The notes under the pieces: model-generated
The model's input: the letters and a program-made list of their open reading frames with translations, nothing else
Database searches by the model: none
Told to the model about the DNA's origin: nothing
Position numbers and translations under genes: made by a program
Assembly: GCA_949031345.1 (NCBI GenBank)
Contig: CARNVA010000010.1
Location: forward strand, 258-64,257
Length of the DNA: 64,000 nt
Reading direction: 5' to 3'
From: an uncultured Eubacteriales bacterium
GTDB taxonomy: Bacteria; Bacillota; Clostridia; Christensenellales; UBA1242
Part shown: positions 55,401 to 64,000 of the stretch, in pieces
Layout of the letters: every line of letters starts with the position of its first letter
Position numbering within the stretch: the stretch's first letter is position 1

Positions 55401-58400
55401 GCACTTGTATTTGTAGGACTATAAGAAATCGCAATTCCGCCATTTTTAATCTCTAATACAGGCGCTGAAAGCTTGTAAATATCTTTAATTTCATAAGTAG
55501 AGCTTTCAACATTCAAGGTATTTGAAGTATAAGAGCCATTTATTGACAGCACGAGATAATCATAATATCCATGCTCTGTCAGATTGATGACTGCACGCTT
55601 ATTTTCAAAACGCACCATCTTGCTTGTCACAGAAGAGCCGCGTTTTTTGTATCTTACATAAAGCTCAATTGACTCGCTGTTTTCGGTATCAACCACAAAC
55701 TGTCCGTCAATGAAGTGAATTGAATCACTCTTAAGGTCAAGATAGCGCAAATTAAATCTTCCGCTCTTGCCATTGACTACAAAGCCATTGTCTTGGTTGT
55801 AAGCCAATATATCTGCGACATACATTGTATTGATTTTAATTTCATCACCTTCTCGCTTATTCTCAAGTTTGTCAAACTCTTGGCGAAGAAGGGTCATATT
55901 TAGCTTAAACTTTGGCACTCCGCCAATGCTTTCATCCATGCTTGTCACAACATCAGCAAGCTCTTGCTCGCCATACATAAGTGACCACTTTGCCCCTATT
56001 TCATCATATAAAATGATAAAATCAAGGGTTTTTGCTCTTAGGTTGTTTTTGTCAAACTCAGCCTTCTCGCGAAGTTGAAGTTTATATTTAAGCGCTGTAA
56101 TTTCTGTGTATGCGAAGTTTCCGTCTTCTCCTGCCTCGTCTGAAACTTTCACTCTAGTTGGAGATGGAGATACATAAACCATATAATTTTCTTTGCTTGG
56201 CTTATAACTTCCCTCTTCGCTCAACACCGTTTCTGTGCCAAGCACCACTTCTGGCGCAGGAGAAACATAAATCCTCACACCTTCTGATGAAGCAGATTCA
56301 ATATTGTTTGCATAAGTAGCTTGACTGAGACTTAGTTTATATTCGCCAGCTGGAATATTTCTGCCAAAGTCATCAAATAGGAATGCATTATCCGCAAGCC
56401 CTCTTGGAGAAAGCAACATATTGCTTATCATGTTGTTGACTGCGTTGGCATACTCGTTTCCTACAAGTTTGGTTTGATAATTTGCAAGCAAGTCAAAATA
56501 TGACCTTGTAGTTTGACCTTCAACCAGCATATTTGTATAGTCAGCATTATTAACTTCTATTTCTATGTCAGGGAAAAGGTTATAACCAGGCATTGACACA
56601 CTATAAAATTCATTTGTCTCGCCGCCATTTTTAATTCTTTTCAGATTGAGTGTAACATTATAATATCTGAAAAATCCTGCGTAGAAGTAATAAGGTGTGT
56701 TGTAAATTGAATTTATTGCCACCTCATAATAAGGTGTTGCAGGTTTTTCCACTCCAAAGAAATCTTCAATGTCTTTAAAGAATTTTGACTCTCTAAACTT
56801 TTGTTCTTGGAATACAACCTTTCCATTTTTGACTTCAATTCCAAGTGGCTTATCAAATTGAAGGGTAAAAATTTTTTGTTTTGACTTATTTGAAGCCAAG
56901 ATATTATTTTCATAACTGATTGCAGTCACGAAAATCTGATAATTTATATTCGTATTAAGTGCTGCCGATCTTAAATCATAGTTTGTGGCAGTTGTTTCAA
57001 CTTTCAATGCCACCTCACCAGTTTTCTCTGATACAAATTCTATGATGAACGATGTTGCCCTTATATCACTATATTGTTTTTCAACATCTTCAAGTGTCCA
57101 ATTGAATCTCAAGAAATTGTTGGCTATGCTCATATCAGTATCGTTTTGAGAAACTGCATTCAATTTATAAATATCATAAACTGTGCTTCCATATTGATAG
57201 AACGCCCCGTCACTATCTTTTCCAATTCTGGCCACTTCAATATTTACATCTCCATAAGGCACCTGCGCTAAAACATCATTTAAGCAGATTGCAAAGACCT
57301 TTGTGAAGGTATAATCTGAAAGCTCGCCCATGTCGTCTGGAATTATTCCTTCTGACTTTGTAAAGAAGCTGTGCTTGCCAGCGTTATCTTTTGCCCAATA
57401 ACCTGCAACATCATCAGCTGCAAGGAAAATTTCTGTGTCTTGTTTTGTAATTGTTTGCTCTTCATCATTTATTTGGAATGCGTTGAAAACAACTCTAAAC
57501 GCAATTGTTTCAATGCTGTCGGTATCATAAGAGAATACAATATAATCCTTATCCTTTTCATCTACGCGCAATAATTGTGACAATGAGTCAAGGATATAAT
57601 TAAATTCAAGTTTTTCATAGTTTGACTTGATTGACTCTTCTCGTCTTACTGCAAACTCAAAAGTTTCATTGCTTGCAGGAATTGACGCCGTTGCACCAAA
57701 GTGTTGAAGAAGTTTAAGCATTGAAATGTAAAATTTGTTTTCAATTTCTTTATCTTGAACAACATCAAAGTCTTTGACAACATCGCCTCTTTTGGCAGTG
57801 AAAATCACACCTTCCATGTCATCCATAAAGATTGTAAAACATATTCTGCCAAGCTGGTCAATCTCGATTTTCTCAATCCCTTTGAGTTTATAACCGTTTT
57901 CAAAATTGAAAGTATCATTTGCTGGCAAAATTACACTATTTTCATCATAAGTCAAAATCTTGATGGTATAAGCGCCATATTTATTAAGCAACAAGTCTTC
58001 GCTTACAAGATTGAGCGTTTTTTCTTCTGTCAATTTTCTTTCAAACTTTTCGCCATCAGCGGTTGTGATTTCAACAATATAACTTCCGCCAGTTTGTTCA
58101 TCTAAAATGGTAAGCAGACCATCACCGTCCACCACAGCCTCTTTAGTCTGTGCAAACTTTCTTATTGAAAGCTGAGAAATTTCACTGCTTATAGATTGCG
58201 CTTTCTTAACTTGAATTTGCACATCAATGGTGCCCGCATCAAAGTTTTTAAGGATGAGGTTTGAAAGAGTAAGAGTATATTTCCCATCTTTGTTTATAAA
58301 GCTGTAAAGTATATTTGTGTATGGTGCGGTCAAATTCATTTCAATCGGGTCTTTTCCGCCACCAATCTTGACATTAAAGGAAATTCCGCTTAAATCTTTC

Positions 58401-61400
58401 CATTTGTCTGAGAAAGCTATCTCAAGCACACTTCCCTGTTTTCTTTCAATTTCTGTTGAAGCTGAAAGATTTTCAACAACTGTCACAGTGATATCATCAA
58501 TTTCTGCAAGTTTGATTGTAGAAATTGCAATCTCTTCTGTTTTACCATAATATCCTATGCTTGTTTCACTTATCACATCAAGATTATATGGGCTATCTAT
58601 TGCTGCCATAACCTTGATTGAAACATCTCCGCCAAGCTTGCTGCCAAGCAAAGTTTCAATTTCATCAAGAGTCAAGCTTGTTTTGTCTTTAAATGAAAGT
58701 GTTTTATTAAGTGCGCCGCTTTTAACATTGACAAGATATGAAAGTGGGTTTAAATTGTTTCCTGCCATATCAGCAGCAAGCTCTGTCCAAGTAATTTGAC
58801 TGGCTTCTATCGCTGCGACAAACTCACAAGAGGCAAGGTCAATAAGGGTGAGATTTATTGCTTGAGAGTCAATATAATAATTTATTTCGCCCTCATTTTT
58901 TGCTTTTACAACTATGTTGAAACGATTGTCGTTAAACTGACCTGGTTTGAATGAAGCTACACTTTCGCCATGCACAAAGCTGACATTTTCGTTGCTTCCA
59001 TTTACAAGCACGCTTTCAATATTTGCTGTATCATCATTGAAAGTAATAGAGGCAACATAATCTTCACCATTCTTTGCCAAGGCAACTTTTTCAGGCTTTG
59101 CAAGTTGTTTTACATAGATTGGACTTGAAAGCTCTGACTCAAGCATTGAAGGATGAGTGGCCTTTAAAGTAATCTTTCTCTTTCTTGCAAGCTGCGATAG
59201 TGCGTTTTCAAAAGAATATTGCCCGCCAGAATATCCGCCTTGATATAAAATGTCGTCAAGATAGATTTCATACAATGAGCCAACCTCTTGCACCTGCCAA
59301 GCAAGCGTTTTAAGGCTTGGATTGAAAGTTAAAACAGGTTTGTCAAGTTTATTGAGAGGCAGTGTTGTTCCGCCATAGATTGTGCTTGCTTTTGTTGATG
59401 AAAGATAATAGATACCATCTTTCATTGAATTTGCATAAGAGATAAATTCAATTTCAATTCCTTCAGCCTGCCTATATGCTGAATAAAATGCGCTGTCATT
59501 CTTGCATAGGTCATTGATTTTTGTTTGTATATCAAACTCGTTTCCATTGGCGTCAATAGTGAAACGCTTTGAATAATCAGAAGTGTTTGAATTTTTCAAT
59601 ATGATAGAGATTTGGTGACTTTCTATATTTGAGTCTTGATTTGTCCAGCTCAGTTTTCCATAAGAATACTTAAGTGAGGTGGCGGCTTTGATTCTATTAA
59701 ATTCCACCACACGCTCATGACTGCTGATAAAACCATCTTCTGCACTAGCAATCATGGTCATTCCAAGAGCAAACTCTGTGCCAAATCTTGTTTTATCACT
59801 CATGTCAAGGCTGTATTTTTCGCCTTCAATCAACTCACCATTCAACTTGAATGCAACATGGTCAGAGCCATTTTGAATGTTTACTTTAAGCTTATGCCCA
59901 ACTATCTCATCAAAGACTGTAATAATATCTTCAACTGAAATTTCTGGAGCAGCAAGCCTTGCCACATTTAAAATATATTCTTGAGAATCAAGATAGATAT
60001 TTGGGTCATAAAGCTTTCCACCACAAGCCACAACTTTTATTTCATGACTGCCTTCTTCAGCAAAATCGCTTGCAAAAATATAGGTTATCTCTTCCTTAAT
60101 CTCACTTAAATTTATGTTGCCGTCAAGATTTCCATCAACATAAATCTTATATTCACTTGCGCTATCAACTGTTGAGATGTTGAGTTTATAAACATTTCCC
60201 TCTTGAACAAACTTTGCAGACGGCATTTCAATGTCTTTGGTCACTTTGAAATTTACACGCTTTACATTAACACTGCTGAAAAAGTCAGAATCTAAATATT
60301 GATTGAAATCAACAGACTTTGATGTAATGGCAATCACATAATATCCTTCATCAAGAGTTTTGCTGATTTGTGTGTGTGAGATATCGCTTTCTTCAAGCAC
60401 GGGCTCGCCACTTGCTAAATAATCTTTGTCTGTTTTATAAATTATATAATCATACAGGCAGTCAATTCCTTCAAGTCCCAGCCATTTAAAGTCTCCATTT
60501 TGTTGCTCCAAAACTGGCTCAACCAAAGGAAGAATTTTCAATGTTTTTTGATTTACTGAGCGAAGAGAATGCTCGACCTCTTCGATTTTAATTCCACACG
60601 CTATTTCAATGTTATATTCATCACCATTTGGTGCATAAGCACTTAAAGGCGAAACTGGGCTTAGCAAAATTTTATTACCAAGATCAATATAAGTGCTTTT
60701 GACAAGTGTGCCATTTATGTAAAGATAATAGAAATTTGCTTGAGGCACTTTGTCAAATTCAAATTGAGAATTTTCTGTTTCAAAGTTATGCTTAATCTCC
60801 CCCAGCCTTCCAAGCTTGTAAAAATCAAAACTGAAATAGTCTGAGTCAACCACAATGTTGGAAGCCATCTCGCCCAAACTAAATTCTTTAACTCCATTTT
60901 GACTGCTTTCATCAGCTGTTGGAAGTGCTTTAATCAGAAGATTATATTCGCCCACTTCAATAGAAGAAAGGTCAATTCGATGTTCAAGCCCATTTTGAGT
61001 GCTGTAAAGCTCGCTTTTTTCACCATAAGAGATAAAATAATTTGTTATGTAGTCGTTCTCTTCAAAATTAAGCACCATTTCATTGCCATCGAAGGTCACT
61101 TCTACATTTGGCTTTTCAAGTTTTGCAACATAAACTTTATTTGAAATTTTGCTGGAAATATAAAACTCGCCATCTTTGTTTCCTCCAAGTGCAATAAGCT
61201 CCACTCCATAAATGCCTTTTTCAAAGCCCTCTAAATTATCAAAAAATGTTCCTTTCTCGTTTTCGACTTTGAATAACTTTTCAACTTCTGTCTCAACATT
61301 TTTTGCCTTAATCAAAAATGAAGTTGCTTCTTCAATTGTGTTTGAAGTCAGCATGCCAGAGCCTTCTTTATAAGAATAATTAAGCTGTGCATTTTGAAGC

Positions 61401-62254
61401 ATCTTGACTGGATAAGATGTTTTCGAAGGATTTTTCTTTCCTTCAATGTCCTTTACAAATATATCAACTAAAAGCGTTTGACCCTCTTGGAATTTTGAGA
61501 AATCAGCTGTAAAGAAATTTGTTTGCAAATCTTGCACAACCCTTATTCCATTTATGTAAAGGTCATAATTTGCACCCTCTACAGCATCCCACTTAAGTGT
61601 TGCCTTTTGGTTGAATTCTTCACCAACAGAAACATTAAAGTTATCAGCCCAAGACATAACACCATAATGAACGCTTTGGCTTTTTAAAATAGAGCCATCA
61701 ATGTCAACTCTGTTTGATATAGCCTTAATGCTTACATCATAAGAGCCCACATTATCAAAAACGAAAGCATTTTCATTCACTTCAAGTTTCACGGTATTTT
61801 CTTCATCATGCAGTTTGTAAGTCACCTCATAAGCATGTGCATAAACTCTTTCGCCATTTATTATTACAAAACTTTTGTCCCAGCTCACCCTACCATTGTC
61901 GTCAACCTTGATATTTTCTGGGCTGCTGAATTGTTGCTTAACTATTACTTCTGCCTTAGCTATCGTCTGATTTTGATATTTGGCAAAAATGAAAGCGCTT
62001 CCAAAATCTTTTGCGGAAAACAAATTTCGATTTTCACAAGACAAAACATTTTCATTTGAAGAAAATATTTCAATTTTGGTCTTGTCTGTCCCTTTGACTG
62101 AAAGCTCATCATAAAAATCTATCGTCGCATATTGAGATAGATAATAAGTTTCCTTTTCAAATTTTCCAGTCACACTTGGTTTTGTATTGCAAGCCACAAA
62201 CATGGTTGCTGAAAACAAAACAAGCATCAAGACAACAAAAAAGTTTCTTTTCAT
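52406..62254 (-). CDS. giant (3282-aa) surface lipoprotein: serial Ig/FN3-like beta modules plus a C-terminal GLUG-type beta-helix region
   Basis: Uninterrupted 9.8-kb ORF. Signal plus lipobox MKRNFFVVLMLVLFSATMFVAC. A long beta-rich modular body follows. The last ~400 aa start at GNGSADSPYIINSDADFKNIAL and carry GLUG-like turns (FVGGVTGVNYGKV, GYGGIALFNG, YMAGISLANV, YYAGITITSINGT). No LPXTG or C-terminal TM is present. Confidence 0.85.
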   Translation of the reverse strand: MKRNFFVVLMLVLFSATMFVACNTKPSVTGKFEKETYYLSQYATIDFYDELSVKGTDKTKIEIFSSNENVLSCENRNLFSAKDFGSAFIFAKYQNQTIAKAEVIVKQQFSSPENIKVDDNGRVSWDKSFVIINGERVYAHAYEVTYKLHDEENTVKLEVNENAFVFDNVGSYDVSIKAISNRVDIDGSILKSQSVHYGVMSWADNFNVSVGEEFNQKATLKWDAVEGANYDLYINGIRVVQDLQTNFFTADFSKFQEGQTLLVDIFVKDIEGKKNPSKTSYPVKMLQNAQLNYSYKEGSGMLTSNTIEEATSFLIKAKNVETEVEKLFKVENEKGTFFDNLEGFEKGIYGVELIALGGNKDGEFYISSKISNKVYVAKLEKPNVEVTFDGNEMVLNFEENDYITNYFISYGEKSELYSTQNGLEHRIDLSSIEVGEYNLLIKALPTADESSQNGVKEFSLGEMASNIVVDSDYFSFDFYKLGRLGEIKHNFETENSQFEFDKVPQANFYYLYINGTLVKSTYIDLGNKILLSPVSPLSAYAPNGDEYNIEIACGIKIEEVEHSLRSVNQKTLKILPLVEPVLEQQNGDFKWLGLEGIDCLYDYIIYKTDKDYLASGEPVLEESDISHTQISKTLDEGYYVIAITSKSVDFNQYLDSDFFSSVNVKRVNFKVTKDIEMPSAKFVQEGNVYKLNISTVDSASEYKIYVDGNLDGNINLSEIKEEITYIFASDFAEEGSHEIKVVACGGKLYDPNIYLDSQEYILNVARLAAPEISVEDIITVFDEIVGHKLKVNIQNGSDHVAFKLNGELIEGEKYSLDMSDKTRFGTEFALGMTMIASAEDGFISSHERVVEFNRIKAATSLKYSYGKLSWTNQDSNIESHQISIILKNSNTSDYSKRFTIDANGNEFDIQTKINDLCKNDSAFYSAYRQAEGIEIEFISYANSMKDGIYYLSSTKASTIYGGTTLPLNKLDKPVLTFNPSLKTLAWQVQEVGSLYEIYLDDILYQGGYSGGQYSFENALSQLARKRKITLKATHPSMLESELSSPIYVKQLAKPEKVALAKNGEDYVASITFNDDTANIESVLVNGSNENVSFVHGESVASFKPGQFNDNRFNIVVKAKNEGEINYYIDSQAINLTLIDLASCEFVAAIEASQITWTELAADMAGNNLNPLSYLVNVKSGALNKTLSFKDKTSLTLDEIETLLGSKLGGDVSIKVMAAIDSPYNLDVISETSIGYYGKTEEIAISTIKLAEIDDITVTVVENLSASTEIERKQGSVLEIAFSDKWKDLSGISFNVKIGGGKDPIEMNLTAPYTNILYSFINKDGKYTLTLSNLILKNFDAGTIDVQIQVKKAQSISSEISQLSIRKFAQTKEAVVDGDGLLTILDEQTGGSYIVEITTADGEKFERKLTEEKTLNLVSEDLLLNKYGAYTIKILTYDENSVILPANDTFNFENGYKLKGIEKIEIDQLGRICFTIFMDDMEGVIFTAKRGDVVKDFDVVQDKEIENKFYISMLKLLQHFGATASIPASNETFEFAVRREESIKSNYEKLEFNYILDSLSQLLRVDEKDKDYIVFSYDTDSIETIAFRVVFNAFQINDEEQTITKQDTEIFLAADDVAGYWAKDNAGKHSFFTKSEGIIPDDMGELSDYTFTKVFAICLNDVLAQVPYGDVNIEVARIGKDSDGAFYQYGSTVYDIYKLNAVSQNDTDMSIANNFLRFNWTLEDVEKQYSDIRATSFIIEFVSEKTGEVALKVETTATNYDLRSAALNTNINYQIFVTAISYENNILASNKSKQKIFTLQFDKPLGIEVKNGKVVFQEQKFRESKFFKDIEDFFGVEKPATPYYEVAINSIYNTPYYFYAGFFRYYNVTLNLKRIKNGGETNEFYSVSMPGYNLFPDIEIEVNNADYTNMLVEGQTTRSYFDLLANYQTKLVGNEYANAVNNMISNMLLSPRGLADNAFLFDDFGRNIPAGEYKLSLSQATYANNIESASSEGVRIYVSPAPEVVLGTETVLSEEGSYKPSKENYMVYVSPSPTRVKVSDEAGEDGNFAYTEITALKYKLQLREKAEFDKNNLRAKTLDFIILYDEIGAKWSLMYGEQELADVVTSMDESIGGVPKFKLNMTLLRQEFDKLENKREGDEIKINTMYVADILAYNQDNGFVVNGKSGRFNLRYLDLKSDSIHFIDGQFVVDTENSESIELYVRYKKRGSSVTSKMVRFENKRAVINLTEHGYYDYLVLSINGSYTSNTLNVESSTYEIKDIYKLSAPVLEIKNGGIAISYSPTNTSASEASGALKYFMGNDVSLSDEYNGDDKGFYYQSEFVGNQSVPLYIAGLLKANGDVLYNSELTASQYKAYLSGNSGEFKIGQTEEGEILNAEYKLEFVPSNIDMEVPDPDNAKATKKQRPVLSSAFTQVNARMLDRVDSIQIEKGNLQIESLEELEGLEEGELLYEIKIEYYIKDNFNQNNYLLSREETIYSVRNAEETIQAVKGQIIDAAYSYYKFYVNIIAGKRAESASALTIKTIEGDIFHIDNGVKFASDGAFALKSMVASTNNYVSRAKTPTLAQNNVGVKNGAITFVIDRPSFIPSGDSVLDGENHEKIAQRLSIVAEYRSGGNDKQLELKGNYTFYTTTASNESDLIFASFALDDGQLNDANGTFTVKVYVYGEDSQGNNAIISAPLVISDIYKLAKIQDKYYDVVLINGNTGIDFSKYFQNISIQDRKDLYKLVATVTTADGDREFVFTNNAYSMILEIPDDAISVSFQAQDAQSSTQLNLKKLLSSDREVLNTTNTSNDGLEISWNDRLKRFEWAWPEDNSNIYGYYVKVSVSGKEETAFVSDNYYCPKNSNGTILENAFTIKARLIDDENNSLFIFSEEMVYEAKAFTYYLFASGNGSADSPYIINSDADFKNIALRNNEGAYFRLGSNITVDLNEFVTTENGKDKAWIDEFYAHLDGDGFKINLNLSKTVELESPINFTVMTNKTFTSYSALFRAISYDAVVENLGINYQVNNEELDNSSIIYAPICALNYGTIRNVNVNQSVGNDKVPFNINLKGKGSANIVFVGGVTGVNYGKVQYCTNFSEFNYNMQQQLKLEFGYGGIALFNGIDTGERESKGEISNCRNRGDKEIRVSVNNTTVYMAGISLANVATISLCGNDANFKLSTTTSEIVPTGYYAGITITSINGTLEYLYNNGRMQTTSSKANFYKSGVAYQVVSGILNTLVETVSGQPIISSSQSNPIIKGKIYASNNSGSGVDSSEIQVDDITCKDGKVLKVRQTESGFTAYIQ

Positions 62255-62489
62255 ATTTTGCCCCTTCCCTTAGTATTTTCATAATAACATTTTTTACTCT
62301 ATTTCGCAAACGATTTGTCATAATTTAAATATAATATATATTTAATAATATAATATAAAACACTCAGCTTTTTCTCTTAAGCATATTGTTTGGCAGTTTC
62401 TATGTCTAAAATTTTATTAAAATTGTTATCAAAAACAATTTTTTATAAAGTTTTTAATGCTTTTTTAAATAAATTTAAATAAACTTAAA

Positions 62490-62511
62490 TAAAAAATGCC
62501 CTTTCAGGCAT
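62490..62511 (-). terminator. terminator after the 3-TM protein gene
   Basis: Minus strand reads AUGCC-UGAAAG-GGCAU followed by a U-run. Confidence 0.55.
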
Positions 62512-62519
62512 TTTCATTT

Positions 62520-62849
62520 TTAATCCTTTTTTTCTTCAACTTCATCAGTCGTTGATTTTTCTTCTGTTGTTTCAAGATCAGAAATCTCGTTTTGCTCTTT
62601 TTCTTTCTTTTTATGTTCTTTGATAAGCAAAATTAAATGTATGGTGTTGACAATGACTAAACAACCATTCAAAACAGCAGTGCTTATTGCAGGGAGAAGA
62701 GCACCATAGACAACGAAAAAGACACTGCCAGCAATGTTTAAAACACGCATCAACAAGCTTCCCTTAAATGAAACCGTCTTGAAACACATAGAAACTAAAA
62801 TAAGCAAAGTCGCACCAATTCCAATAAATTCAATGTAATTCATAACCAC
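62520..62849 (-). CDS. small 3-TM membrane protein (SemiSWEET/PQ-loop-like topology, tentative)
   Basis: 109 aa with three hydrophobic helices (FIGIGATLLILVSMCF; VLNIAGSVFFVVYGALL; VLNGCLVIVNTIHLILLI) and an acidic tail. The family assignment is weak. Confidence 0.55.
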   Translation of the reverse strand: MVMNYIEFIGIGATLLILVSMCFKTVSFKGSLLMRVLNIAGSVFFVVYGALLPAISTAVLNGCLVIVNTIHLILLIKEHKKKEKEQNEISDLETTEEKSTTDEVEEKKD

Positions 62850-63052
62850 TCCTTTTAAAATGAAAATCTTTCAAAATTTCTATTATTTTAAGAAAATTAT
62901 AACATTTTTAAACAAATTTATCAAAATAATGACACTTTTTTTATAATTTAATTAGAAATATAATTTAATACAATTTTTTAAATTTAATTGATTATATTTA
63001 AAAACTGTGATATTATTAAAATGTTAATAACATATAAAAAGGAGCTTAATCG

Positions 63053-63805
63053 GTGAAACAAAACAACTATAAAAAAGATTTGGATTTTTTAATAAAGTTG
63101 GTAAAAGAGAGTGCTGAGATAATCGAAAATGGACAAATGGAAGTAAAAGATAAGGGTAAAAACGACCTTGTGACAAATCTTGATTACGCAGTTGAGAAAT
63201 ATATTATTGAGCAAATTAAGACATTCTATCCTCATTTTGATATTGTAAGCGAGGAATTTAACAGCAAAAAGGAGATTACTGAAAATTGTTTTACAATCGA
63301 CCCAATTGACGGCACCATAAATTTCGCACATGGTTTGCCATACTGGGCAATTCAAATTTCGTGCATTCGCGAGGGCAAAATCGTGGCAGCTGTCATATAT
63401 TCACCTTGCACAAATCAACTATTTTCAGCAACTCTTGGCGGCGGAGCTTTTTGCAATGATAAACAAATTTTTGTCAACAATCTCCCCTTAAACAGAAATA
63501 TCTTCACTGCACATGGCAACAGCAGCCAAACTCCCCTTATTACAAAAATTTATGAAAAGATGAATGGAAAAGCAAGCAATTATCGAAGAATAGGGTCAAC
63601 AAGTTTATCCTTCGCCTACCTTGCAAAAGGCAGTCTTGGAGGTATGGTTATATTAAGCCCGACTATTTGGGATGACACACCAGGCCTTCTAATATGCCAA
63701 GAGGCTGGTGCCAAAATCAAGAGATTGAAAGACGGTTTTATAGTCGCAGGAAGCAGTGATGAATTTATAGAAACCACAAGCAAAATAATAAACGAAATCA
63801 TTTAA
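63053..63805 (+). CDS. inositol monophosphatase-family phosphatase
   Basis: FTIDPIDGTINFAHGLPYWAIQIS and WDDTPGLLICQEAGA motifs. GTG start preceded by AAGGAG. Confidence 0.85.
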   Translation: MKQNNYKKDLDFLIKLVKESAEIIENGQMEVKDKGKNDLVTNLDYAVEKYIIEQIKTFYPHFDIVSEEFNSKKEITENCFTIDPIDGTINFAHGLPYWAIQISCIREGKIVAAVIYSPCTNQLFSATLGGGAFCNDKQIFVNNLPLNRNIFTAHGNSSQTPLITKIYEKMNGKASNYRRIGSTSLSFAYLAKGSLGGMVILSPTIWDDTPGLLICQEAGAKIKRLKDGFIVAGSSDEFIETTSKIINEII

Positions 63806-63853
63806 TAAAAGGTAGAATAAATCAAAAAAAATTAAATTTGTGATAAAAAACAT

Positions 63854-63884
63854 AAAAAAATGGGCTTTTTTGCCCATTTTTTAT
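63854..63884. terminator. bidirectional terminator
   Basis: A7, AUGGGC-UUUUUU-GCCCAU, U6. Confidence 0.65.
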
Positions 63885-63922
63885 TAAATTTTATTAAATT
63901 ATTCTTTATTATCGACAATTTA

Positions 63923-64000
63923 TTACATGCTAAGCTCGTCAATAATTTCGTGCTTTTTAGTCTTAATTTCCTTTTTTGCAGCCTTAGCAAGCTTGTTTTC
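63923..64000 (-). CDS. 3' end of an unidentified gene entering from the right edge
   Basis: The minus-strand frame is open from the window edge to the TAA at 63923-63925 (...ENKLAKAAKKEIKTKKHEIIDELSM*), followed by the terminator. It is too short to name. Confidence 0.3.
   Translation of the reverse strand, partial: ENKLAKAAKKEIKTKKHEIIDELSM

Noticed and set aside
1-64000. Alternative genetic code (TGA read as Trp), CRISPR arrays, transposases or integrases, prophage blocks, reverse transcriptase or DGR components.
   Set aside because: Long ORFs, including the 9.8-kb one, are intact under the standard code, with TGG for Trp and TGA used as a stop. I saw no array of short direct repeats with spacers. 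No recombinase, transposase or RT motifs appeared in any translated ORF.

Overview
This is an AT-rich bacterial chromosome segment that uses the standard genetic code: TGA acts as a stop and Trp is encoded by TGG. Gene content (Spo0A, a KOW-domain gene between map and infA, a zinc-type S14) suggests a low-GC Clostridia-type Firmicute, but this is inference only. All protein calls come from motifs read by eye in the supplied translations, with no database search.

The core (about 6.3-22.6 kb, minus strand) is a complete S10-spc-alpha ribosomal supercluster running rpsJ to rplQ, including secY, adk, map, infA, rpmJ and rpoA. It has a near-consensus promoter and a structured leader of about 260 nt. 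Several of its ribosomal proteins carry extensions, most strikingly a 231-aa L24.

The flanks hold:
- dtd, two tRNAs (Leu-UAG, Met-CAU) and ktrAB.
- A cadC/cadA-like metal efflux pair, desulfoferrodoxin, a NatAB-like ABC exporter and a CaCA antiporter.
- M14 and M19 peptidases; HAD, HD and MazG-type nucleotide hydrolases; CAT-, APH- and nucleotidyltransferase-like enzymes; YqeY; a metallophosphoesterase; an IMPase-family gene.
- Several large surface lipoproteins, including a 3282-aa giant.

No CRISPR array, transposase, integrase, reverse transcriptase or rRNA was seen.

The candidates most worth follow-up are:
1. A strongly promoted bicistronic module encoding an 81-aa hyper-acidic protein plus a PIN-like protein split by a ~155-aa insert.
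2. A Spo0A orthologue whose phospho-acceptor Asp is replaced by Glu.
3. A shared promoter cassette with a variable poly-G tract (G7 vs G9) in the spacer, sitting directly on the start codons of two unrelated genes (apparently leaderless).
4. A duplicated GC-rich structured element in long AT-rich spacers.
5. An orphan fibre-like protein with 324-bp near-identical tandem repeats.
6. The giant GLUG-type lipoprotein.

None of these can be proven novel from the sequence alone.
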